DNA of 64,000 bases from an archaeon (lineage in GTDB: Archaea; Nanobdellota; Nanobdellia; CSSed11-243R1). A program made the translations under genes and the position numbers. The stretch spans positions 72,735 to 136,734 of the forward strand of contig JAJRVP010000013.1 of assembly GCA_024277205.1 (NCBI GenBank), read 5' to 3'. Shown here piece by piece: positions 1-8,528 of this stretch (its first letter is position 1; each line of letters opens with the position of its first letter). Below the pieces are notes generated by a model. That model was not told where the DNA came from. It did not search any database and saw only the letters and a program-made list of their open reading frames with translations.

Positions 1-666
1 CCCTATTAATTTTTTCAAAGCTTCTGATGTTTTTCCTTTTGTAATCGCTTCAAGATATTTCCCAAGCAAGATAAATACTATGATAAATGCTGCAATCTCA
101 AAATAGATGTGTTGGAGTGAATATTTTTCTATTCCAAATAAAATGCTTACTAAAACATATATGCTGTAAAAATAAGCTGCAGAAGTTCCGATAAAGATTA
201 GGGAATCCATGTTGGGGATTTTTTTAACTAATGCTCTTGCACCAGAAATATAAATCTCAGAAGCAGCTAAGATGATTGGTGTTGCTAATAAAAATTGCAT
301 AATTGCTTGTAAAGGAACATTTTCAATAAAAGGTATGGGTAGTCCAATCATCCAGCCCATGGATATGTAAAGCAATGGTATGCCAAATATTAATGAGATT
401 ATTAATCTTTTCTTTAAGTTTTGAATTATCTTTTGTTTAGCATCTAAATTATTCTCACTTGTTGATTTGTATCCCATCTCAAGAATTATTTCTTGTATCT
501 TGTTGAGAGAGATTTTTTCTGGATTATAAACGATTTGTGCTTTTTCGGATGCAAAATTTACATTAACATCAACTATGCCTTTTGTTTTTTTAAGAACATT
601 TTCTATGTTGACCGCACAACTAACACAATGCATTCCGGATATATTCAATATCACTCTTTTTTCCAT
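1..666 (-). CDS. copA: Heavy-metal (Cu) P-type ATPase, N-terminal part only; the rest lies before the window start
   Basis: Minus-strand translation from the ATG (complement of 664-666) gives MEKRVILNISGMHCVSCAVNIENVLKKTKGIVDVNVNFASEKAQIVYNPEKISL. This is an HMA domain with the MxCxxC motif, followed by hydrophobic TM segments. The ORF runs off the window edge, so it is missing from the ORF track. Confidence 0.6.
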   Translation of the reverse strand, partial: MEKRVILNISGMHCVSCAVNIENVLKKTKGIVDVNVNFASEKAQIVYNPEKISLNKIQEIILEMGYKSTSENNLDAKQKIIQNLKKRLIISLIFGIPLLYISMGWMIGLPIPFIENVPLQAIMQFLLATPIILAASEIYISGARALVKKIPNMDSLIFIGTSAAYFYSIYVLVSILFGIEKYSLQHIYFEIAAFIIVFILLGKYLEAITKGKTSEALKKLIG

Positions 667-667
667 C

Positions 668-871
668 TTAATGACAACATCCTCCTCCCTTTTTAATTTT
701 TTTAGTTTCTCTTTTAAATAAATCTAAATGATTTTCACAACAAAAATATTTTGAAACTAAGTTTCCATATAGAGATACCTCTTTTTTTATATAATCCTCT
801 CCTTTTATGATTTGTCCGCAATAGGCACATCTTTTTTTAAAAAAGTTTAATATCATCCTATCACCTCCCAT
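668..871 (-). CDS. Small TRASH/YHS-type metal-binding protein
   Basis: CAYCGQII...x19...YFCCENH Cys pattern typical of TRASH/YHS metallochaperone domains. Lies immediately upstream of the copA-like gene, adjacent or overlapping. Confidence 0.5.
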   Translation of the reverse strand: MGGDRMILNFFKKRCAYCGQIIKGEDYIKKEVSLYGNLVSKYFCCENHLDLFKRETKKIKKGGGCCH

Positions 872-1296
872 TCAAAAATTCTTTTTTCAACTTTTGGAAT
901 ACCCAATATAACTATCCTAAAAGAGTCCAGTTCGTTATCCATTACTTCAAAGATTAATGTTCCACTAATGTGGTGGCCCATTAAGTTTGGGGCAGAATAA
1001 GGCATCAATTGTTTACCCTCATATTCTAACATTGTTATTTCTTTTAAATTAAATCGACTTAAATCAACAGAATGTGTATTCATAACTATCTCCACCTCTA
1101 GTTTACCTAAACTAATCTTCTTAGGAGTTAATTCTATCTGAACTCCACCATTACTAGTGCTTCCAGTGGATACTGTATTCAATTTCAAAATAGTATCACT
1201 TTCATTTTTAAGAGTGGAATTGTAATATAAAAAAATTCCAAAAGACAACCCAATTATTAACAAGATGAAACCAAAAACATAATACTTATTTTTCAT
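853..1296 (-). CDS. Hypothetical signal-anchored or secreted protein
   Basis: N-terminal hydrophobic helix (YVFGFILLIIGLSFGIFLY) followed by a soluble domain. Co-oriented with the metal cluster. Confidence 0.4.
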   Translation of the reverse strand: MKNKYYVFGFILLIIGLSFGIFLYYNSTLKNESDTILKLNTVSTGSTSNGGVQIELTPKKISLGKLEVEIVMNTHSVDLSRFNLKEITMLEYEGKQLMPYSAPNLMGHHISGTLIFEVMDNELDSFRIVILGIPKVEKRIFEWEVIG

Positions 1297-1744
1297 TATG
1301 CCACCCCCTGTTGAATTTATGTTTTATGAAAAGGAATAAGCTGATTAAAACAAGAGATCCCCCAATTATCCAAAAAAAGAGAGAAAACTTCTGAAGAGAA
1401 GGAAAAGGAATCCCTATTGTGACTAAACCAAAGTTTAGTAATAACAGTTTCTGAGATACACATCTTTTAACATAATATATCACTGATGTAATTGCTAATA
1501 AACTAACTGCAATTCCCCATAAGGGTATGCTTATCTTTGTGAGGAATTCTAGAGGCATACCAATAATAGTTATGCCGAATATGCTTAATAATGCGATTAA
1601 GCCAATGCAGACATTATGGCAAATCTGCCAAGAGCCCAATACACTTGCAGTTCCTGAAATGCTTCCAGTTATACTAATTATTTTTTCTTTAGTTGTTTTC
1701 ATAATTTTACCTATGTTACTTATTGAGATATTTTTTCTCCACAC
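1286..1744 (-). CDS. Hypothetical polytopic membrane protein
   Basis: Four predicted TM helices with a CHNVC motif. 11-nt overlap with the downstream ORF. Confidence 0.4.
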   Translation of the reverse strand: MWRKNISISNIGKIMKTTKEKIISITGSISGTASVLGSWQICHNVCIGLIALLSIFGITIIGMPLEFLTKISIPLWGIAVSLLAITSVIYYVKRCVSQKLLLLNFGLVTIGIPFPSLQKFSLFFWIIGGSLVLISLFLFIKHKFNRGWHNEK

Positions 1745-2226
1745 ACATCACTATTACACTCACAATTTCCTTCACAAGGGAGGTAATCATTTTCTTCTGT
1801 GCATAATACATCTCCCCCACAAGCACAGCCATTTTCTACACAATGATTAGATCCGCAACTAATATCTGAATTGAAAGGCGCAAATATACAAAAGTCTTGG
1901 CTATGTGGTCCATTGCAGTTACCATAAACAGCATAATTGTAGATTCCATGCCCCACTAACAATAAACTTATGATTAGTGAGATAGTAAATGCCCAAGAGA
2001 TTAATTCAAAATATTTGTAGGTAATTTTTGCTAATTTTGGTAACCCCATTAACTTGGAAACTATATGTGTTTTCATCTTTTGGTCAAATCCGGTTTGGCA
2101 AGGACGAAGAGTTATTCTTCTAAAAACACAATCAAATGCTTCTTTAGCAATTTGTCTATGCGAAACGCTGAATATTCCCAAAATTCCAAAAACAATCAAA
2201 CCAAGTAAACATATCACACAGATCAC
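1720..2226 (-). CDS. Membrane protein with a Cys-rich C-terminal domain
   Basis: Two TM helices, then a tail with about 14 Cys (CGSNHCVENGCACGGDVLCTEE..CEGNCECNSDVCGE). Confidence 0.4.
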   Translation of the reverse strand: MICVICLLGLIVFGILGIFSVSHRQIAKEAFDCVFRRITLRPCQTGFDQKMKTHIVSKLMGLPKLAKITYKYFELISWAFTISLIISLLLVGHGIYNYAVYGNCNGPHSQDFCIFAPFNSDISCGSNHCVENGCACGGDVLCTEENDYLPCEGNCECNSDVCGEKISQ

Positions 2227-2251
2227 CTAAAAAATAAAAAATAAAAAAAGA

Positions 2252-2851
2252 TTAACAACCCCCAACCATTGTTGGCAATCCTACTGCATTTGGGTCAATG
2301 TTCCTATTTTGAAGTTCTTCTTGAAGTGCTGGTTGTGGGAAAAATAAAATTCTCCAATTTTTAATCTCTTGTAGTATTTGTTCTTCACTATAATCTGTGT
2401 TCTGAATAAGCCATTTTGTTAATCCTTGCAGTGCTATGTTATGTGAACAACCACAATTTTGGTCTAATGTTGTTGAGCCACAACAATATCCACATGATGT
2501 TCCAGGTACACTTGCTATTTTGTCGTATGTTGATTGTTCTTCTGGTGATAGTGAAATTGTTGCATATCCAGTCAAAGTTCTTAATCCCGCTTCTACATTG
2601 TCATAGCTTACACCAGCTTTTGCTCCGTAATCTGGCGTGCCTTTTGGTGTAATCTCATTTATTATTTGCTGTAGTTCATTTGTGTTACTTACATCATTAC
2701 TACTTTCTGAAACAATAGCATTTGCTGTTTTAGTGTTTACACCACTCGCTGATATCAAAGATAGCTGATAGCTTTGAAATGCTGTTAATGCCAATACTAC
2801 TGCTAACATCCCAACTATTAATTTGGTATTTATGTTCATTTCTTTAACCAT
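2252..2851 (-). CDS. Secreted or anchored protein with a CxxC/CC cluster
   Basis: N-terminal signal/TM (LIVGMLAVVLALTAF). SCGYCCGSTTLDQNCGCSH motif. Ends with GGC. Confidence 0.4.
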   Translation of the reverse strand: MVKEMNINTKLIVGMLAVVLALTAFQSYQLSLISASGVNTKTANAIVSESSNDVSNTNELQQIINEITPKGTPDYGAKAGVSYDNVEAGLRTLTGYATISLSPEEQSTYDKIASVPGTSCGYCCGSTTLDQNCGCSHNIALQGLTKWLIQNTDYSEEQILQEIKNWRILFFPQPALQEELQNRNIDPNAVGLPTMVGGC

Positions 2852-2918
2852 TTTAATACCTCCATTGTAAAAGAAAAAGTGTTTGAAACATCTAATAAGA
2901 ATTAGTATGAAACTAGTT

Positions 2919-3464
2919 TCATTGCTGTTTTAGTATGATCATATTTGCCATACCTCTGCGTCTTTTTTCAATTAAACCCCTTCCCTCTAATTTGTCTAAA
3001 ATTCTACTAACTTTTACTTTTGAAAATCCAAGTTTTTCAACTAATTCGCTTTGGAATACAGCACCACCAGAGCTTTGAATAGAGTCATAAACCTTTTTTT
3101 CATCTTCTTTTAATGATTTAGTTATCTCTCTAATTTTTTTGCTTATTCCTTTCTCTTGGGTTTTTGATGGATTGATTATTAAAAAGACACCCATGGCTGC
3201 CAAAATAAAAGTTGTGCTAAATCCAACATAACTTTGCAGAGGAATATTTTTTGCATGCGGACAATCTTCTTCCATATTTACTCCACACAATTCTTCACAT
3301 TTTGTATTCGCTATATCCATTAAATTTTGAGTAAATGAGAACATTGTAACAAAAAGCACGGCAGAAATGATTACCAAAATAATTCCTGGCATTCTCTTAG
3401 AAACATCCATTTTTTCCATCTTTATCATAGTAATCTTGTTCAAATTTAAATGTTTCTTTTCCAT
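2919..3464 (-). CDS. Membrane-anchored winged-helix transcriptional regulator (MarR/TrmB-like wHTH)
   Basis: C-terminal SELVEKLGFSKVKVSRILDKLEGRGLIEKRRRG is a classic wHTH recognition helix plus wing. N-terminus has a TM helix and a Cys motif (CEELCGVNMEEDCPH). Confidence 0.5.
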   Translation of the reverse strand: MEKKHLNLNKITMIKMEKMDVSKRMPGIILVIISAVLFVTMFSFTQNLMDIANTKCEELCGVNMEEDCPHAKNIPLQSYVGFSTTFILAAMGVFLIINPSKTQEKGISKKIREITKSLKEDEKKVYDSIQSSGGAVFQSELVEKLGFSKVKVSRILDKLEGRGLIEKRRRGMANMIILKQQ

Positions 3465-3537
3465 AAAGAATTTATATCATTGCTTCTTGATTGGTTTTAT
3501 GATTACTTATTTTAAGAGAACAATTAAAGAAAAAGAG

Positions 3538-4401
3538 ATGCACAAATTAGAAAAATTTAGCGTTGGCTCTTGGATTAATGTAGTTAATCCCACAAAAGAA
3601 GAAATTGATCTTCTTGTAAGAGAATTTGGATTAGACAAACAAAATTTGCTTGCAGGATTAGACCAAAATGAAACTCCAAGAATCGATATTGTAAATAAAG
3701 ATGTGTACTTATTTGTCAAAGGATTAGCACCAACAAAAGAATTAACCACTTTTCTTATTATCATCTCAAAAAATTTTATTTTAACCCTATCAAAAGAAAA
3801 TATTGATGTTATTGATAGTATTCTATGTGGGAAAATTGAGTTTCATACTACCCAAAAACTAAAGAGTTTGATTCAAATACTTTCTCAATTAAACAAAGGA
3901 TTTGAACGTGCAACACTTGGAATTGTAAAAGCGGTTCGCTCAAGAAGAAAAAAAATAAATGAATTAAGCGAAAAAGATGTCAATCTCCTTCTTGAATATG
4001 AAGAAATACTAAATAGTTTTGTGTACTACTATTATCATATCTTGATTCTTTATAATAGAATGCTTAAAAGAATAAAATTTTATGAAGAAGACAGAGAGAT
4101 TATCGAGGATTTAATAATTGAAGCTAATGAAGGATTTAACTTGTGTAAATCTTCACTAAAGACGATTTCTAACATTCGTGACCATTATATGATTTTGCTT
4201 TCAAATAAACTAAATAGAATTCTTACAATTTTAACTCTTGTTACAATTTTTATAAGTATTCCTGCTGCAATTTCAGGAATTTATGGTATGAATGTGAAAT
4301 TACCATTTCAAGAAAACCCATTGGCATTTGTTTATATATTAGTGATGATAATTATTATTTGGGTTTTGTTTTATGTATACCTTAAAAAGAAAATGTTTTA
4401 G
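3538..4401 (+). CDS. corA: CorA-family Mg2+/Co2+ transporter
   Basis: YGMNV (GMN) signature before two C-terminal TM helices. The ORF-track start at 3367 overlaps the upstream regulator, so the ATG at 3538 is the more likely start. Confidence 0.75.
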   Translation: MHKLEKFSVGSWINVVNPTKEEIDLLVREFGLDKQNLLAGLDQNETPRIDIVNKDVYLFVKGLAPTKELTTFLIIISKNFILTLSKENIDVIDSILCGKIEFHTTQKLKSLIQILSQLNKGFERATLGIVKAVRSRRKKINELSEKDVNLLLEYEEILNSFVYYYYHILILYNRMLKRIKFYEEDREIIEDLIIEANEGFNLCKSSLKTISNIRDHYMILLSNKLNRILTILTLVTIFISIPAAISGIYGMNVKLPFQENPLAFVYILVMIIIIWVLFYVYLKKKMF

Positions 4402-4412
4402 GGGGTGGAACA

Positions 4413-4793
4413 ATGGGAGAATGTGATGGATATGATTCAGTAGATTTTTCTTGCTGCAGTGGAGAAGAAAAATTGATAAAGATGGTGTATACTGGAAATG
4501 GTTATTTCAAACCTGGTGAAAGAGAGGAGATATATAGAATTTTGGGAAATGTTTTAGACATAAGAGAAAGACGCGCATCTGGATTTTGGGTTTCTGTAAT
4601 TGGTGTAATGAAAATGCCAACTGATAGAGGAATTGTTAAAATTTTACAAGATTTAGAAGGAGCTGGAAATCTATATAGTCTACGGATTAATCCATTTGGG
4701 TATACACCACAAGAACAAAAAACCCTATTTAGCAAATACTTGGGTGAAAATATTCCAGAAGGAATCGAAACCGAGATAGTATTCCAAGGCTAA
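4413..4793 (+). CDS. Hypothetical protein
   Basis: Clean ORF with RBS-like GGGGGTGG upstream. No recognisable motif. Confidence 0.3.
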   Translation: MGECDGYDSVDFSCCSGEEKLIKMVYTGNGYFKPGEREEIYRILGNVLDIRERRASGFWVSVIGVMKMPTDRGIVKILQDLEGAGNLYSLRINPFGYTPQEQKTLFSKYLGENIPEGIETEIVFQG

Positions 4794-5062
4794 ATTTTTA
4801 TTTCACATTTTTTTCCTATTACTTGTCCTGGAAGTCCTTTACTAAACTTTGCTCTCATAATCCCTTTTGTTCCGTGGGTTGCAACTATTTTACCTACAAA
4901 TTTTTTCTTTTTAGAAACAGCAACAACTATTTTTTTGCCTAATAAATTGTGTGCCTTTACATATCCAATCCCATCTGCTTTTATTAAGATTTGATTTGGA
5001 TATTGCTTATGTCTACTTCTTCTATAACTTGTTATGATTGCTTCCATAGGAATATCCAACAA
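4790..5062 (-). CDS. rpl35ae: 50S ribosomal protein L35Ae
   Basis: SYRRSRHKQ...GKIVATHGTKGIMRAKFSKGLPGQVIG matches the conserved L35Ae core (SYRRS / GKIVRVHGxxGxVRAKFxxxLPGQ). Confidence 0.8.
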   Translation of the reverse strand: MLDIPMEAIITSYRRSRHKQYPNQILIKADGIGYVKAHNLLGKKIVVAVSKKKKFVGKIVATHGTKGIMRAKFSKGLPGQVIGKKCEIKI

Positions 5063-5080
5063 AAAAGGGGTTTTTAAAGA

Positions 5081-5518
5081 TTATGCTTCACATAACTTAT
5101 CTTTATTTGTGTTTGTCCAATATTCAAGTTCCAACATCTGTTTAAACTCCTCACTAAGAACTATTGCTCTTTCAGTCTCATCTGTAGTTACTTCCAATAT
5201 ACTCAACTCTGGTAAATTACTTTTTTCAAAGAAGCCAATTGGATCTTCTGGCATTTTGTAGTTAGCATACTTTCCAAAATCTTCATCAAAATAAGAAGAA
5301 AGATAGGATTCTCCAAAACCATTGTGCCTTACAGAGTAAATGGCGCTTCCCATGTTCATTAAGAATTCTATCTCTTCCTGAAGCAATTTATCAGGAGGTA
5401 ATCCTTTCTTCTTTAAGAATGAATTTACATCATTTTCAAATTCTTGCCTTCGCTCTGCTAATGGTTTTATATACCAATAACTTATCCATCTTTGTTTTAA
5501 AGATTCAAAGGATATCAT
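5081..5518 (-). CDS. Hypothetical protein
   Basis: ORF only. 4-nt overlap with the upstream gene. Confidence 0.35.
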   Translation of the reverse strand: MISFESLKQRWISYWYIKPLAERRQEFENDVNSFLKKKGLPPDKLLQEEIEFLMNMGSAIYSVRHNGFGESYLSSYFDEDFGKYANYKMPEDPIGFFEKSNLPELSILEVTTDETERAIVLSEEFKQMLELEYWTNTNKDKLCEA

Positions 5519-6699
5519 CTCTGTCCAAGTTCTTTTCTTATTATCTCTTCTGCTTTTTCAAGAGGTTGTTCTCCCCTTTCAAGTTCAATGTCAGTTGGGC
5601 GTTTTACCTTTAACCCTTTCTTTTTGTTTTTTTCAACAGCTTCATAAAGGAAGGTTTCTCCTTTTTCTTTTCTGATTTTTTTAAGAATATCAGTCATCTT
5701 TTTGACAAAATCTTTTGTCATCTCAAGATGTTTGTCCCACTCTTTTCCAGTATATTCTTTTTTATCTTTGTGTTCTATGTCCTTATAATTTTTTACAATG
5801 GTTTCAGCAATCTTTGCATATTTTTCAGGAACAAGTTTTGTCTCTTTTACTAATTTTTCCATAACAAACTTTGGAACTTCGCTTGGGGTTGGTGGGCGGT
5901 ATCCTAACTCCATTAAAACTGCCTGAGCACTTGAAACAACTGCTTGTTCTAGATCATATGATAATTTTGTAAGCATTGTGTTCTGTGCAAGCTTTAATAA
6001 TTCTGTTGCAACAAAAATGTGTTTGTCTATTGCTTCTTTGCTTGGTTTTATATTCCCCATCTTCATTAACATTTGAACTGGTAAGAAAAACCCAGTATCA
6101 TATAATATTATTCCATCTCTCAAAACATTGTAAAGAACAGGATTTCCTTCAAGAACATATTGCCAAAATTCAGTTAGTAAATAGGGTTGAGGATGGATTT
6201 TTTTTGAGATAGGGTATCCCATTTCAAGCAATCTTTGGAATAACTTGTCTTTTAATTCTGCCCTAGTCATTCTCCTTACATCCGTATCATCAACAATTAT
6301 GGCAATGTCAATATCATGGGTTTTCTTTTTCTTTGCAACAGTAACTTTTGTTTTTGTGCTCCCCCACAACACAACAGATTTAATATACTTTCCAAATTTT
6401 CCAACAACAGCAGTAACATATTGTTCAACTGCTTTTGCATCCTTTTTTTCAAGATATTGTTCTAATATTTTAATCATTGGAGTTTCGCCTGGGGATGCTT
6501 GAAGCATTAATTTTTCAGCAAACTTTTCAGCCTCTTTTTTTGGCATTCCTTTCTCTTTCATCAATTTTTCAACAATTTGTTTTTTAGCATTTTCAAAAGC
6601 CTGCTTTTGTTCTTTTGACATTTTTGGTTTGTTTTCTTTTTTTGCCTTTTTAACTTTTTTAACCATTTTTTCACCATTTCTACTGAATTTAAAAAACAC
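5515..6699 (-). CDS. Pol-beta-superfamily nucleotidyltransferase fused to an alpha-helical (HEPN/KNTase-C-like) domain, with Lys/Glu-rich extensions
   Basis: VVLWGSTKTK...DIDIAIIVDD is the GS..DxD minimal NTase motif. It is a paralog of the ORF at 7674-8495 (shared NVLRxGxxLxDTGxFxPxQxLxxxGxIxPSKEAI block). The likely start is M at about 6666. Confidence 0.55.
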   Translation of the reverse strand: MFFKFSRNGEKMVKKVKKAKKENKPKMSKEQKQAFENAKKQIVEKLMKEKGMPKKEAEKFAEKLMLQASPGETPMIKILEQYLEKKDAKAVEQYVTAVVGKFGKYIKSVVLWGSTKTKVTVAKKKKTHDIDIAIIVDDTDVRRMTRAELKDKLFQRLLEMGYPISKKIHPQPYLLTEFWQYVLEGNPVLYNVLRDGIILYDTGFFLPVQMLMKMGNIKPSKEAIDKHIFVATELLKLAQNTMLTKLSYDLEQAVVSSAQAVLMELGYRPPTPSEVPKFVMEKLVKETKLVPEKYAKIAETIVKNYKDIEHKDKKEYTGKEWDKHLEMTKDFVKKMTDILKKIRKEKGETFLYEAVEKNKKKGLKVKRPTDIELERGEQPLEKAEEIIRKELGQR

Positions 6700-6825
6700 A
6701 GTATTTATAAACTTTGAATCAACAACTCTTTATATATCTTTTGGTATTTACTACTACACAGAAGTAACAAATAGAAAGATTTATAAACAATAAAATACAG
6801 TATATTACTGTGAGGTGATAATATT

Positions 6826-7677
6826 ATGAAACAAAACGGGTTTGAAAATAGCAAACCTTTTTTAGAAGCACTCCAAAAAGGAGGAAATCTAGAACAAAGA
6901 ATAGAACAATTTGAAAAAGGTAGTCCTGAAGAAAAAGTAGAAGCTACACAATTCTTACAGAATTACTTAACTACACTGTCTAATGCTTATACTGGATTGA
7001 ACATACCTGTTTCAGCAGATAACCCTGAAGCCCTTGTGAAATCAGCTAAAAAATTGCTTGGAACAATATATGGAAAGAAGTTATTTAGACAATTTCCTTC
7101 ATTTGTTGAAGATTCTATTAAAAATTTACATCCTGCAATTAGTTATGGTTACGTGCTTCCAGAACTTGAGAAATTAGCTGAAAAAGTTGGAGCAGATAGT
7201 TTTGATGGACAAGAATATATTGAAACCAGAAATCTAATTAAAAAAGCATCAAAAGGAGAATTAGAGGAACAACTTGCATACGATGCTGCTAAAAAAACAA
7301 TTTTGGAGCACATCACTCAATATGCTAAAAATGAGAAAGACGAGGAACTTTTAAAAGATGCAGAAGAATTAGCAGACATTGTTGCAGAATTATGGACAGA
7401 AACAAGAGCAACCACAGAAGGTAAAATTTTCTATACAACATTAATCTATAATGAAAAAGTGAAACCACAGATTGAGGAGAACACAGATAAAATACCAGAA
7501 TATGCAAGACAGATAAGTACAACAGCATTAGCAAATGGTTATGCATCCAAACCAGAAGGATTTGATACATTAAAAGAAACAACACAAGATCTGTTGCGGG
7601 CAACAGAATACACAGAGCTCATTAAAAAAATAGGACCTGCAGGGGTATACTTGAGAGACGAATTAGCAACAGCTTAG
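6826..7677 (+). CDS. Hypothetical protein sandwiched between the two NTase paralogs
   Basis: 283-aa acidic, alpha-helical-looking ORF. No motif recognised. Confidence 0.4.
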   Translation: MKQNGFENSKPFLEALQKGGNLEQRIEQFEKGSPEEKVEATQFLQNYLTTLSNAYTGLNIPVSADNPEALVKSAKKLLGTIYGKKLFRQFPSFVEDSIKNLHPAISYGYVLPELEKLAEKVGADSFDGQEYIETRNLIKKASKGELEEQLAYDAAKKTILEHITQYAKNEKDEELLKDAEELADIVAELWTETRATTEGKIFYTTLIYNEKVKPQIEENTDKIPEYARQISTTALANGYASKPEGFDTLKETTQDLLRATEYTELIKKIGPAGVYLRDELATA

Positions 7678-8495
7678 GCTTTTTCTTTTTTTTCTACTAA
7701 TGCTTTCATTTTTCCTTCAAATTCTTCTGCCATTTGTCTATATCTATCAAAATCAGCACCACTTCCTCTTAAAATTTCTCCATGAACAATTGCTTTTGCA
7801 GTTTTCCAAATCTCCCTGTAATAATTAACATACTTTTTGTGTAATAGTTTTTTTGAAACAAAAGCATCCATAAGCATTTTTTCAATGTGTTCTGGAGATG
7901 GGGGGACTTGTCCATATGCCATTAATGCTGCATGCGCAGAATCAATCATTACCCAATACAAATCTGTAATTCCTGCAAGAATTCTTGAATTGGCTCTTGT
8001 TAAATGCCATGGTGAGCGAGTTAATGCATTATAAATGGCTTCCTTGCTTGGGCGAATTCTTCCTGCTGCAAGCAAAAACTGCAAAGGTTCAAAATAGCCA
8101 GTATCTATCAAAGGCACACCATATCTAAGAACATTAATTGCAACAGGTTCTCCAATGAGAATGTTTTCCCAAAAAGTTGTGAGAGTGACTGAGGTAACAT
8201 GAAGTCTTGGGTCACTTTTCCTAATTAAATTTGCAAGTTCGAGATTATACCAATCAATAAATTTTCTTGTTGGCGATATTGAGGTATCATCCACAATTAT
8301 GAGGATATCTATATCACTTCCTTTTGTAGGAACTGCTTTGGAAATAGAACCAAAAAGCACAACAGATTTGATAATTCCAGGAAAAGTTTCAAATACTTTC
8401 TTGGCAAAATTATATGAGATTTTATATGCTTCGCCAATCATTTCCTCTTTTTCTTTGTGAGTTAATTTTCGTTTAGGTAATCTTTCCATTTTCAC
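7674..8495 (-). CDS. Pol-beta-superfamily nucleotidyltransferase fused to an alpha-helical (HEPN/KNTase-C-like) domain
   Basis: VVLFGSISKAVPTKGSDIDILIIVDD NTase motif. C-terminal helical domain with an RSPWH element. Paralog of 5515-6699. Confidence 0.55.
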   Translation of the reverse strand: MKMERLPKRKLTHKEKEEMIGEAYKISYNFAKKVFETFPGIIKSVVLFGSISKAVPTKGSDIDILIIVDDTSISPTRKFIDWYNLELANLIRKSDPRLHVTSVTLTTFWENILIGEPVAINVLRYGVPLIDTGYFEPLQFLLAAGRIRPSKEAIYNALTRSPWHLTRANSRILAGITDLYWVMIDSAHAALMAYGQVPPSPEHIEKMLMDAFVSKKLLHKKYVNYYREIWKTAKAIVHGEILRGSGADFDRYRQMAEEFEGKMKALVEKKEKA

Positions 8496-8528
8496 CTCAC
8501 CATTTTAAGATTTTATTAAGTTATATTT

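Noticed and set aside
1527-1850. 107-aa plus-strand ORF
   Set aside because: Lies antisense within two minus-strand membrane-protein genes. No RBS. Hydrophobic mirror translation.
3367-3537. N-terminal extension of the CorA ORF predicted by the ORF track
   Set aside because: It overlaps the convergent regulator gene by about 100 nt and is hydrophobic junk. The internal ATG at 3538 gives a canonical CorA start.
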